A stretch of DNA of 60,251 bases. It comes from a virus (Duplodnaviria > Caudoviricetes). How positions within the stretch are numbered: position 1 is the stretch's first letter; every line of letters begins with the position of its first letter. The notes beneath the pieces are model-generated. The model ran no database searches, had not been told where the DNA came from, and worked only from the letters and a program-made list of their open reading frames with translations. Positions 1-6,808 of the stretch are shown one piece after another. A program made the translations under genes and the position numbers. The stretch covers positions 1 to 60,251 of IMG/VR virus record IMGVR_UViG_3300037963_001896. The stretch is one strand, 5' to 3'.

Positions 1-100
1 AAAGCACCTCACTAGACCGTGGTCGTGTACAGAACGAAGTTGAGCGAAGACTGCAAAGGTTAGCTGAATGGAACTTCAATCAGCACGCCGACCAGTCAGG
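1..100. repeat. Terminal direct repeat / circular assembly overlap, copy 1
   Basis: 1-100 matches 60152-60251 except position 99 (g) vs 60250 (a). Confidence 0.97.
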
Positions 101-167
101 TAAAGTTGCAAAAACTCTCAACAATGCTTCGGTTCAGCATTGTGAATCTGTCTTTGCTAACGCCTAG
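1..167 (+). CDS. 3' part of the junction-spanning 249-aa early protein (starts at 59569)
   Basis: Frame continues from 60151 through ...STSLDRGRVQNEVERRLQRLAEWNFNQHADQSGKVAKTLNNASVQHCESVFANA, TAG at 165-167. Confidence 0.85.
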   Translation, partial: STSLDRGRVQNEVERRLQRLAEWNFNQHADQSGKVAKTLNNASVQHCESVFANA

Positions 168-291
168 TGGCGCAAAGTTGCTTGGCATTCATTGAGGAAT
201 GCACTGCGGGAGCTAGCCCTCGGAGGAATTGGCTAGCAATCCATGGACCATGAAAAGACCTCATCAGCCCAACGGCTGGTGGGGTTTTTTT
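168..291 (+). ncRNA. Candidate structured 3'UTR or small RNA with GGA-rich hairpins
   Basis: Hairpins gcattc/gaatgc (185-202) and gctagcc/ggctagc (212-237); five GGA; ends in a terminator. Confidence 0.35.
253..291 (+). terminator. Intrinsic terminator
   Basis: aaaagacctcatcagcc-caac-ggctggtggggttttttt. Confidence 0.85.
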
Positions 292-303
292 ATGCTGTGA
301 GTA

Positions 304-427
304 GGCTCGCTATCACGCGGTCCGCACCCCGCCGATTTGTCGCGTACAAACCGCACTTCGTTTTGTCCGCTACAACCTTCGGTTGACAATACGGCCCGGG
401 TTCCGACCTAGCGTGACTACGCTCGCC
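304..427 (-). other. GC-rich branched hairpin element with ssDNA-type sheared GA pairs
   Basis: Nested pairings tcacgc/gcgtga, ggtc/gacc, accc/gggt, gccg/cggc, tttgt/acaaa, caacc/ggttg; minus strand closes with ggc-GA-gc...gc-GA-gcc. Confidence 0.55.
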
Positions 428-428
428 A

Positions 429-444
429 TGTTCCATGTGGAACA
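429..444. promoter_or_regulatory. parS-like palindrome
   Basis: TGTTCCATGTGGAACA, one mismatch from the chromosomal parS TGTTCCACGTGGAACA. Confidence 0.55.
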
Positions 445-551
445 TATGTATATGCGTCAGTAAATGACGCTACGTAGAGTACACTAGGTAATGTGCGAGT
501 TAAGTTTTTGCACTTTTTTTAGTAATTACACTTTACGTGGAGGAGTTAAAT

Positions 552-770
552 ATGAGTGACATTAAAAATATAGAAGAGCCTAAGCAACGCTATTATCGAG
601 CTACGTTCGTGGACGCAGCTTGTGTGGACATGCAAATAACTGTTGAGTTCGAAGCGCCGTTCCCTAGGGATGAGTCAATTGATTATAGCCAGTTAGCTTT
701 GCGCTCTTTTTTAGAGAAAGTGTCTGCGGAGCACATTAAGGTCCGTGACATTGAACCAATAGAAACATGA
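552..770 (+). CDS. Hypothetical early protein
   Basis: ORF; GGAGGAG RBS before ATG 552. Confidence 0.75.
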   Translation: MSDIKNIEEPKQRYYRATFVDAACVDMQITVEFEAPFPRDESIDYSQLALRSFLEKVSAEHIKVRDIEPIET

Positions 771-791
771 ATCATGAACGAGGAGTAAATT

Positions 792-1808
792 ATGCATTCA
801 ATCAAACCAACCCATCTCAAGTCAGAGATAAAACAAAATATGCAATCGGGCATCAACACCATGATCTGGGGTGGTCCCGGCATCGGTAAGTCAGAGATAC
901 CACAACAAATAGCTGACGAGACCAACAGGACGTTGTTAGATTTCAGGGCCAACTTGTTTGACCCAGTCGACGTCCGAGGTGTGCCGTACGTTGCACAACT
1001 CAAAGAGTCTGTTAAAAGATTTACACGTTGGGCTGTGCCTGATGTGTTTCCAATTGAAGACAGAGACGGTACAGAAGGTATTTTTCTTATTGACGAATTA
1101 CCAACTGCACCCCCAGCAACACAAAACGCATTTCTACAGCTATTGATAACCAGGGAGGTCGGTAACTACAGGTTACCAGACGGATGGTCAATCATTGCTG
1201 CTGGTAATCGTTTAACTGACGCTGCGGCTGTCTATCAAATGCCATCACCTGTTAGAAACAGATTGGCACACTACGAACTCGAAGCCGATCTGGATGATTG
1301 GTGTGAGTGGGCAGTATCCAATGGAGTGGATACGTCCCTTGTGTCGTTCCTACGATACAGACCCAACTTGCTATTCGATTTCAACGCTGAAAACTATGCT
1401 TTTCCAACTCCTCGAAGCTGGTCGTACGTTGACAAACGACTAAAGCTACCGGCCGTGGACGAAGAAACATTGTTCTACGGTGTATCTTCTCTGGTCGGAG
1501 ACGGTCCAGCAGGTGAGTACGTAGCGTTTAGAGAAATATATGAGGCTTTGCCTGATATAGATTATCTAATAGACAATCCGCAATCATACAAGTCAGACGA
1601 TAGTCCGGCTGTGTTGTACGCTCTATCAGGTGCTCTGGCAGCTCGAGCTTGTAACGAAAAGATGGAAAACATCATCAAGGTAATCAAGAAGTTACCTACA
1701 GAGTTCCAAGTTATTGCTGTCAAACAATCATTAATCAAAGATAAATCAGTTATTTCACACGACAGTGTAGATAAGTGGTTATCTGATAACTCAACTGTAA
1801 TTTTATAG
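792..1808 (+). CDS. MoxR-like AAA+ ATPase
   Basis: Walker A GGPGIGKS, Walker B FLIDE, AAGN sensor, arginine finger RNR, PTPRSW. Confidence 0.9.
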   Translation: MHSIKPTHLKSEIKQNMQSGINTMIWGGPGIGKSEIPQQIADETNRTLLDFRANLFDPVDVRGVPYVAQLKESVKRFTRWAVPDVFPIEDRDGTEGIFLIDELPTAPPATQNAFLQLLITREVGNYRLPDGWSIIAAGNRLTDAAAVYQMPSPVRNRLAHYELEADLDDWCEWAVSNGVDTSLVSFLRYRPNLLFDFNAENYAFPTPRSWSYVDKRLKLPAVDEETLFYGVSSLVGDGPAGEYVAFREIYEALPDIDYLIDNPQSYKSDDSPAVLYALSGALAARACNEKMENIIKVIKKLPTEFQVIAVKQSLIKDKSVISHDSVDKWLSDNSTVIL

Positions 1809-1816
1809 GAGGTAAT

Positions 1817-2527
1817 ATGAGTACAGTAAGAATGTCAGAATATCTCAAACGTGACATTGTAAAAAAGTTTGAGGAATCCCACAAAAAGTCCAAACCACAA
1901 ATGGAGTTGGACGTGGCTCGTGGAGATGCAATATACAACGAGTACATTGGATCCAAAATCAGTACTGCAATAGAACAGCTTTCTGAAACCTTTGGCGATA
2001 CAGTCGATGTCGAAGACTTATTTCCAAAGAAAAGCAGTATTGAGGTAACAGTTCCTGTTCATGTAACAAAACTACGATGGGATGGAGAAGAGTACGTCAA
2101 AGAAACAGAATTAGATGAGGACTATAATTTAACTGTTCCTTTATCTACAGAACGTAGAGTTTTCTATGGTTTTAGTAACGACGGCTATTACGGACGTCAA
2201 ATCAAATACAATTTTGACCGTTACGAAAACAAAGACCTTAATTATTTATGCGAAGTTGTAGAGTACAACAGTAAATTAAATTCTATTCGAGATCTTTCAG
2301 CTAGAAAAGTCGAAGAGCTATTAGACAAATTTACAACGCTAAATCAAGCACTTAAAGCATGGCCAGCCTTGTCCAAACTTGTTGAGCCTGAAAAGCTTGC
2401 CAAAGTGCATGAGAAACAACAACGCAAGCGTAAACAAGAACAACAGAAACAAATGGCAGACCAGGTTGTAGTAGATAACGACCTTAACAAAACCATTTTA
2501 TCTGCATCACTCATAGGAGATGAGTAA
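1817..2527 (+). CDS. Hypothetical protein of the AAA/vWA module
   Basis: 236-aa ORF, GGAGG RBS, coupled to the next gene. Confidence 0.8.
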   Translation: MSTVRMSEYLKRDIVKKFEESHKKSKPQMELDVARGDAIYNEYIGSKISTAIEQLSETFGDTVDVEDLFPKKSSIEVTVPVHVTKLRWDGEEYVKETELDEDYNLTVPLSTERRVFYGFSNDGYYGRQIKYNFDRYENKDLNYLCEVVEYNSKLNSIRDLSARKVEELLDKFTTLNQALKAWPALSKLVEPEKLAKVHEKQQRKRKQEQQKQMADQVVVDNDLNKTILSASLIGDE

Positions 2528-3645
2528 TGAATGAGTATACAAAAGCTAGATCTCAGCTGATTCTTGCTAACCCGTTCTTCGGGACGCTAGCTTTACGCTT
2601 AAAACCCATCGAAGACGAGTCCGTAGGTACTGCAGCAACCAATGGTGAGTACATAAAGTACAACCCAAAATGGTTTCTGAAACTAAGGGATCAGGAACGC
2701 ATTGGCTTAATCGCTCATGAAGTATTGCATGTTGCTCTCATGCATATGCTCAGGAGGAATGAGCGTGATCCACAAAAGTGGAACATTGCTGCAGACTACG
2801 TTATCAATCTTGCACTCAAGAAAAGTAATTTCATACTTCCACATACAGAACTGCTGGATGACCAGTACGACGGTATGTCTACCGAAGAAGTATACAATTT
2901 GCTGCCTGACGACATTATGGACGGCAATGGCCCGTTTAGTGTTTTACTACTAGACGGGGACGATCCCGGTGGATGTGGTGGAGTTATGGACCACCCATCT
3001 ATCGGTGATGGTTCAGCGTCAGGTAAATTCGAAGCAGAAATAGAAATTGCCGTGCAACAAGCAGCAGAAGCTGCTAAAGCAATGGGTAAGTTGCCTGGTC
3101 ATTTACAAACACTTATCGAAAAAGCGTTAGCTCCTAAAGTTGACTGGAAAATGACGTTGGCTCGGTTTCTGCGATCAAATAACAAATCTGATTTTACGTG
3201 GATACGCCCCAACCGCAGATTTATTGCTACTGGTAAGTATTTACCTTCTCTACATACACCCTGCCTGGAAGAGATAGCAGTTGCTGTAGATACTTCTGGT
3301 TCTGTCAGCGATGACGAGCTTGAACAGTTTACTGGCGAGATTACTTCTATCTTGCACGACACCAATCCTGAACGCATACATTTCTTGCAATGCGATACCG
3401 AAGTACGTAACGACGAGGAGTACACACGAGAAAGTTTACCACTCAAAGTTACTTACGAAGGTAGAGGTGGCACTGCTTTTAGACCAGTAATTAATTACAT
3501 CAACGAAACCCATCCTGGAGTATCTGCTCTTGTGTATCTTACCGATTTGGAGTCAAACGATTTCGGAGATCAACCGCATTATCCAGTTCTTTGGGTGTCA
3601 ACACATTTAGAGGAGGCACCTTATGGTGAAATCATCAAGATTTAA
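2527..3645 (+). CDS. Putative metallopeptidase plus vWA-like protein (DUF2201-type)
   Basis: HEVLH zinc motif, WNIAADYVIN, MIDAS DTSGS, GGT and LTD motifs. Confidence 0.88.
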   Translation: MNEYTKARSQLILANPFFGTLALRLKPIEDESVGTAATNGEYIKYNPKWFLKLRDQERIGLIAHEVLHVALMHMLRRNERDPQKWNIAADYVINLALKKSNFILPHTELLDDQYDGMSTEEVYNLLPDDIMDGNGPFSVLLLDGDDPGGCGGVMDHPSIGDGSASGKFEAEIEIAVQQAAEAAKAMGKLPGHLQTLIEKALAPKVDWKMTLARFLRSNNKSDFTWIRPNRRFIATGKYLPSLHTPCLEEIAVAVDTSGSVSDDELEQFTGEITSILHDTNPERIHFLQCDTEVRNDEEYTRESLPLKVTYEGRGGTAFRPVINYINETHPGVSALVYLTDLESNDFGDQPHYPVLWVSTHLEEAPYGEIIKI

Positions 3646-3799
3646 AAGTTTTCTAAAGGAGTACAAAGATTCGGTTCTTATCGGGTCTTGTGTTCTTTTA
3701 GGATTGGTCGCACTTGCATCAACAGTACACCACGTCATTCTTTTGACGTCTGTATTGTTTCTTGTAGGTGTATTTGTATATCTACTAATTAAGGAGTAA
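3623..3799 (+). CDS. Small two-TM membrane protein (58 aa; not in ORF track)
   Basis: GAGGAGG RBS; MVKSSRFKSFLKEYKDSVLIGSCVLLGLVALAS...VLFLVGVFVYLLIKE. Confidence 0.7.
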   Translation: MVKSSRFKSFLKEYKDSVLIGSCVLLGLVALASTVHHVILLTSVLFLVGVFVYLLIKE

Positions 3800-3952
3800 A
3801 TGATGAACGTAGTTTCAACGGCTACCACAATTCTGTGGATATTAATCGAAGCCATACAATTCGCTTATATGGCTTACCTTATGTGGAGGGAAAGAAATAA
3901 TGTTGCTAGTAGGAATATTCAGCGCATTAGGACTGCTTTTGCTAGCGCTTAA
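3800..3952 (+). CDS. Small membrane protein (50 aa; not in ORF track)
   Basis: AAGGAG RBS; MMNVVSTATTILWILIEAIQFAYMAYLMWRER... Confidence 0.6.
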   Translation: MMNVVSTATTILWILIEAIQFAYMAYLMWRERNNVASRNIQRIRTAFASA

Positions 3953-4217
3953 AGCTGGCGGACGCAAAGCGATTGGTCATGACATCTTTGTTGATGTCAT
4001 GATCACCGTCACCCTAATGGTCTGCTTTTACGGTACGTTTAGCGGTATGGCCGCAGCTATGGTAGGTGGTTTATGTGCATCTATTGTTTTGTTTGTTTTA
4101 AAGAAAACAATGCATCACGAAAAACTTGCCGTAGAAAAAAAGAAATATAAATTTTTTACAGTTGATGTATCGGGTCCAACTGTAAAATGGAAACAACATG
4201 ACCCGGATTGGAGGTAA
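3900..4217 (+). CDS. Membrane protein
   Basis: Three hydrophobic segments, GGAGG RBS. Confidence 0.75.
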   Translation: MLLVGIFSALGLLLLALKAGGRKAIGHDIFVDVMITVTLMVCFYGTFSGMAAAMVGGLCASIVLFVLKKTMHHEKLAVEKKKYKFFTVDVSGPTVKWKQHDPDWR

Positions 4218-4219
4218 TT

Positions 4220-4687
4220 ATGGGATTTGATGTATATGGGAGAAACCCACAGCTTGTAGGCAAGAAGCCAACTATTGATTGGAGTGAGCAACCATCTGAT
4301 GAAGAACGCGATAAGTTCTTTGAAGACTTAGCCAAGTTTGAACAAGACAATCCAGGCTACTACTTTCGTAACAATGTTTGGTGGTGGAGACCTTTATGGT
4401 CATACGTATGTGATTACATAGCGCCTGATATTTTAACTGATGAAGATAAAAGAGGAGGCGAGTTCAATGACAACCATCATATTAATGCTATTAAAGCTAA
4501 TTACATCGCGGACAAAATAGCTGAAGCTCACGAAAATGGCGAGTTACAAAAGTTTGCGGATCTATATGTAAAAAGTAGAGAGCAATTAGAAGACGACCAT
4601 TGGGCAAAGAGCTACCCGTTTGATGTAGACAACGTGGTAGAATTTGGTAAGTTTTGTAAAGCATCAGGAGGCTTTGAGATAGGATGA
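4220..4687 (+). CDS. Hypothetical phage protein
   Basis: GGAGG RBS; YFRNNVWWWRPLW motif, ends FCKASGGFEIG. Confidence 0.8.
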   Translation: MGFDVYGRNPQLVGKKPTIDWSEQPSDEERDKFFEDLAKFEQDNPGYYFRNNVWWWRPLWSYVCDYIAPDILTDEDKRGGEFNDNHHINAIKANYIADKIAEAHENGELQKFADLYVKSREQLEDDHWAKSYPFDVDNVVEFGKFCKASGGFEIG

Positions 4688-4860
4688 GCAAAAACAAAAA
4701 ACTCGAAGAGAGTGTAAAAAACAAACTCAAAAAAGACAGCGTTTCTGAATCGTGGATGAAAGACCACCTAATTGTAGATGGACTTGAGGACGAGGACGAC
4801 GAATGTGAATTTTGTGGCCCTAAAGAAAACTGCAGTGGTTACAAGTGCTGGATCCGGTAA
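4684..4860 (+). CDS. Small protein with C-terminal Cys cluster (58 aa; not in ORF track)
   Basis: ATGA overlap with the upstream stop; ...ECEFCGPKENCSGYKCWIR. Confidence 0.6.
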   Translation: MSKNKKLEESVKNKLKKDSVSESWMKDHLIVDGLEDEDDECEFCGPKENCSGYKCWIR

Positions 4861-4861
4861 A

Positions 4862-5062
4862 ATGCCTGCTAACGAAATATCTGTTCACAAAACCTATAAA
4901 GAGAACGGTGAAGAAGGCTTAATGAGAATGTTTGTGTATGTAAAAGGCGAGAAGATTGCTGACCATATGGTAGAAGACATACAAGATGCTTTAAGAATTA
5001 AAGAAAACTACGAATCTAGCTTGAATACTAGTTTCGAATTTACGTATACTACAAGTCCATAG
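4862..5062 (+). CDS. Hypothetical protein
   Basis: Start reassigned to ATG 4862 (MPANEISVHK), right after the upstream stop. Confidence 0.6.
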   Translation: MPANEISVHKTYKENGEEGLMRMFVYVKGEKIADHMVEDIQDALRIKENYESSLNTSFEFTYTTSP

Positions 5063-5132
5063 GTTCCTCCCCCTATTCAATGTCTGTTCGGGTGTTGCCT
5101 CCACAATATTACCACCTATGACATTGACCCTT

Positions 5133-5174
5133 GGGGGGCAATCAGTTCTGACGTACTGGTTGTTCCCCCTTTAT
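5133..5174 (+). terminator. Terminator-like hairpin with an alternative pairing partner
   Basis: ggggggcaatcagt-tctgacgt-actggttgttccccc-ttt; short U tail. Confidence 0.6.
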
Positions 5175-5201
5175 AAGGGTATTGAGGTAAACTATTAAAG
5201 T

Positions 5202-5345
5202 ATGCCTAAAGAAATAATTATTAAATTCAGCGAAGACGACGCTGAAGAGATTTTCGAGCTTCTCCGGGATCTCTTGGATCGAGTCAATAACGGCAGTGTT
5301 GATGATGGCCAAGATGGTTCCGGGGGAGACCAAGACGACCAGTAA
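5202..5345 (+). CDS. Small acidic protein (47 aa; not in ORF track)
   Basis: GAGGT RBS; MPKEIIIKFSEDDAEEIFELLRDLLDRVNNG... Confidence 0.55.
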   Translation: MPKEIIIKFSEDDAEEIFELLRDLLDRVNNGSVDDGQDGSGGDQDDQ

Positions 5346-5545
5346 CGACCGAGTGAACTCAGCTGCAGCACATTGGCGGTTTAGATGCCAGAGTTATCGC
5401 CCTCCTGACACACGGTCGTCTTGGAAACCTAATTCCTTGCAGGATAGGGGGTTACACCAAAATAGAAATGGCTAGCGTGTGTAATCAAATAGTCTAGCTG
5501 GTTAGCTAATCAATCAATGGCCAGAATGTTCATTGTTCCCCCGCT
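5320..5545 (+). ncRNA. Candidate structured RNA
   Basis: 11-bp perfect stem ccaagacgacc/ggtcgtcttgg, closing cggggg...cccccg, several internal stems. Confidence 0.35.
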
Positions 5546-5569
5546 TTTATTAATAACTAGGAGAGTTAT

Positions 5570-5860
5570 GTGAAATCAAACATATCAATCGAGCTGACAG
5601 ATGAGCAACGAAATCATCTCAACAACATATATCACAACAACAAATCATCTAAGCTACTGACACGTAAAGAATTAAGTGCGTTAGTTGACTTGATGATTCA
5701 AGAGCTTTTAGACTCTGATGTCGGTAACTTTACTGAAGTTACTAAAAATATTGCAGAAGAAGGCTATCGTTATTATTTCAATGACGTACGCGTAACTGCA
5801 GAAGAATACGAAGCAGGTATACATGTATGGCTAGAAAAACGAAAGAAACAACGTTCATAG
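5570..5860 (+). CDS. Hypothetical protein, possibly RHH-like DNA binding
   Basis: GGAG RBS, GTG start; ISIELTDEQ strand-helix pattern. Confidence 0.7.
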   Translation: MKSNISIELTDEQRNHLNNIYHNNKSSKLLTRKELSALVDLMIQELLDSDVGNFTEVTKNIAEEGYRYYFNDVRVTAEEYEAGIHVWLEKRKKQRS

Positions 5861-6051
5861 ATTATACATTCACATTATTACCTAATGGAGATATTAAGTT
5901 TGATAAAGAACTTGATGGCTCAGCGCTTGATTTAAAGCATGGAGATAAACTCGAAGTACAGAACCTTGAAGGTACTAAAAGTATAGTGCTAAAAAAAAGG
6001 GACTATCGCTCGAGAAACAATAGCCCCTTTATAAAGTTTCCTTTTCACTGA
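5827..6051 (+). CDS. AbrB/MazE-like small DNA-binding protein
   Basis: NGDIKFDKEL...LDLKHGDKLEV...SIVLKK resembles the swapped-hairpin pattern. Confidence 0.55.
   Translation: MARKTKETTFIDYTFTLLPNGDIKFDKELDGSALDLKHGDKLEVQNLEGTKSIVLKKRDYRSRNNSPFIKFPFH
5991..6030 (-). terminator. Intrinsic terminator for the 6087-6494 gene
   Basis: Minus strand aaaggggctattg-tttctcgag-cgatagtccctttttttt. Confidence 0.8.
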
Positions 6052-6086
6052 AGAGGGATCGAAGGAAATACCTGAGTTTCAGTATT

Positions 6087-6494
6087 TTACGATACTGTTA
6101 CCCAAATCTCAATGTCGCCAGTACCCCCGCCCCCTGGACCTACTTGAGCTAAAACATCAATTGTGTCATCAGCTGTATAAGTCTTTGGTGCAGTGTTTGC
6201 GTCTAGAGTATCTGTACCACCTGCTTGACCGATCGTAGATCCATCAATGTAGTAGTCAGTGTCAGAACCATCACCAACGTCAAGCACAAGTGCAGTACCT
6301 GTGTCTAAGTCGCCAGTTTTGATTACTACGTTATGCACAGTTTCACCTGCAAAAACGTCAACCATTTGGATAACGTCATTTACTGCGATTGCAGTAGTTG
6401 CTGTGAATTTAGCATACCTAACGCCAAGATTTCCGTCAGGAAACGGCTTAAAGGATTGATTCCCGTCTACGGGACCTGAAGTGTATGTTGCCAT
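6087..6494 (-). CDS. Putative virion structural protein (capsid decoration-like), isolated in the replication arm
   Basis: All-beta, G/T/D-rich, MAT start, LDVGDG...YID pattern, AGGTGG RBS, own terminator. Confidence 0.65.
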   Translation of the reverse strand: MATYTSGPVDGNQSFKPFPDGNLGVRYAKFTATTAIAVNDVIQMVDVFAGETVHNVVIKTGDLDTGTALVLDVGDGSDTDYYIDGSTIGQAGGTDTLDANTAPKTYTADDTIDVLAQVGPGGGGTGDIEIWVTVS

Positions 6495-6607
6495 ATTACC
6501 ACCTATTTTAGTTAAAATTAAAATTCAGCACTTTTTTGTGCTACCATTATTCGAACATAAGACGTTTTTTATAAATGTCAAGTTATTTGCCTAGATAAGG
6601 AGTATTG

Positions 6608-6808
6608 ATGGCTACGTACGTTTACGTCAAACGTAACAGCAAAAACCCCTATACGTACCCTGACGTAGATGCTCCTTATATAGAATTCAAATACGTACCT
6701 ATGGGTATGGCATTCAATATGGTTCACAGTAAGCGAATCGGTTGGGAGCGAGCCAAAAAAGGAGACTATGAACATTGGTGTAAATTAACAAAGAAGAAAA
6801 AACCATGA
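6608..6808 (+). CDS. Hypothetical protein
   Basis: AAGGAG RBS; overlaps the polymerase start. Confidence 0.7.
   Translation: MATYVYVKRNSKNPYTYPDVDAPYIEFKYVPMGMAFNMVHSKRIGWERAKKGDYEHWCKLTKKKKP

Noticed and set aside
1-100. Terminal repeat as the biological virion DTR
   Set aside because: It lies inside a coding sequence and is a round 100 bp, so it is more likely an assembly overlap; the penultimate-base mismatch may be an end error
5063-5560. tRNA, tmRNA or hammerhead ribozyme
   Set aside because: No cloverleaf with T-loop and CCA end; no CUGANGA/GAAA core seen
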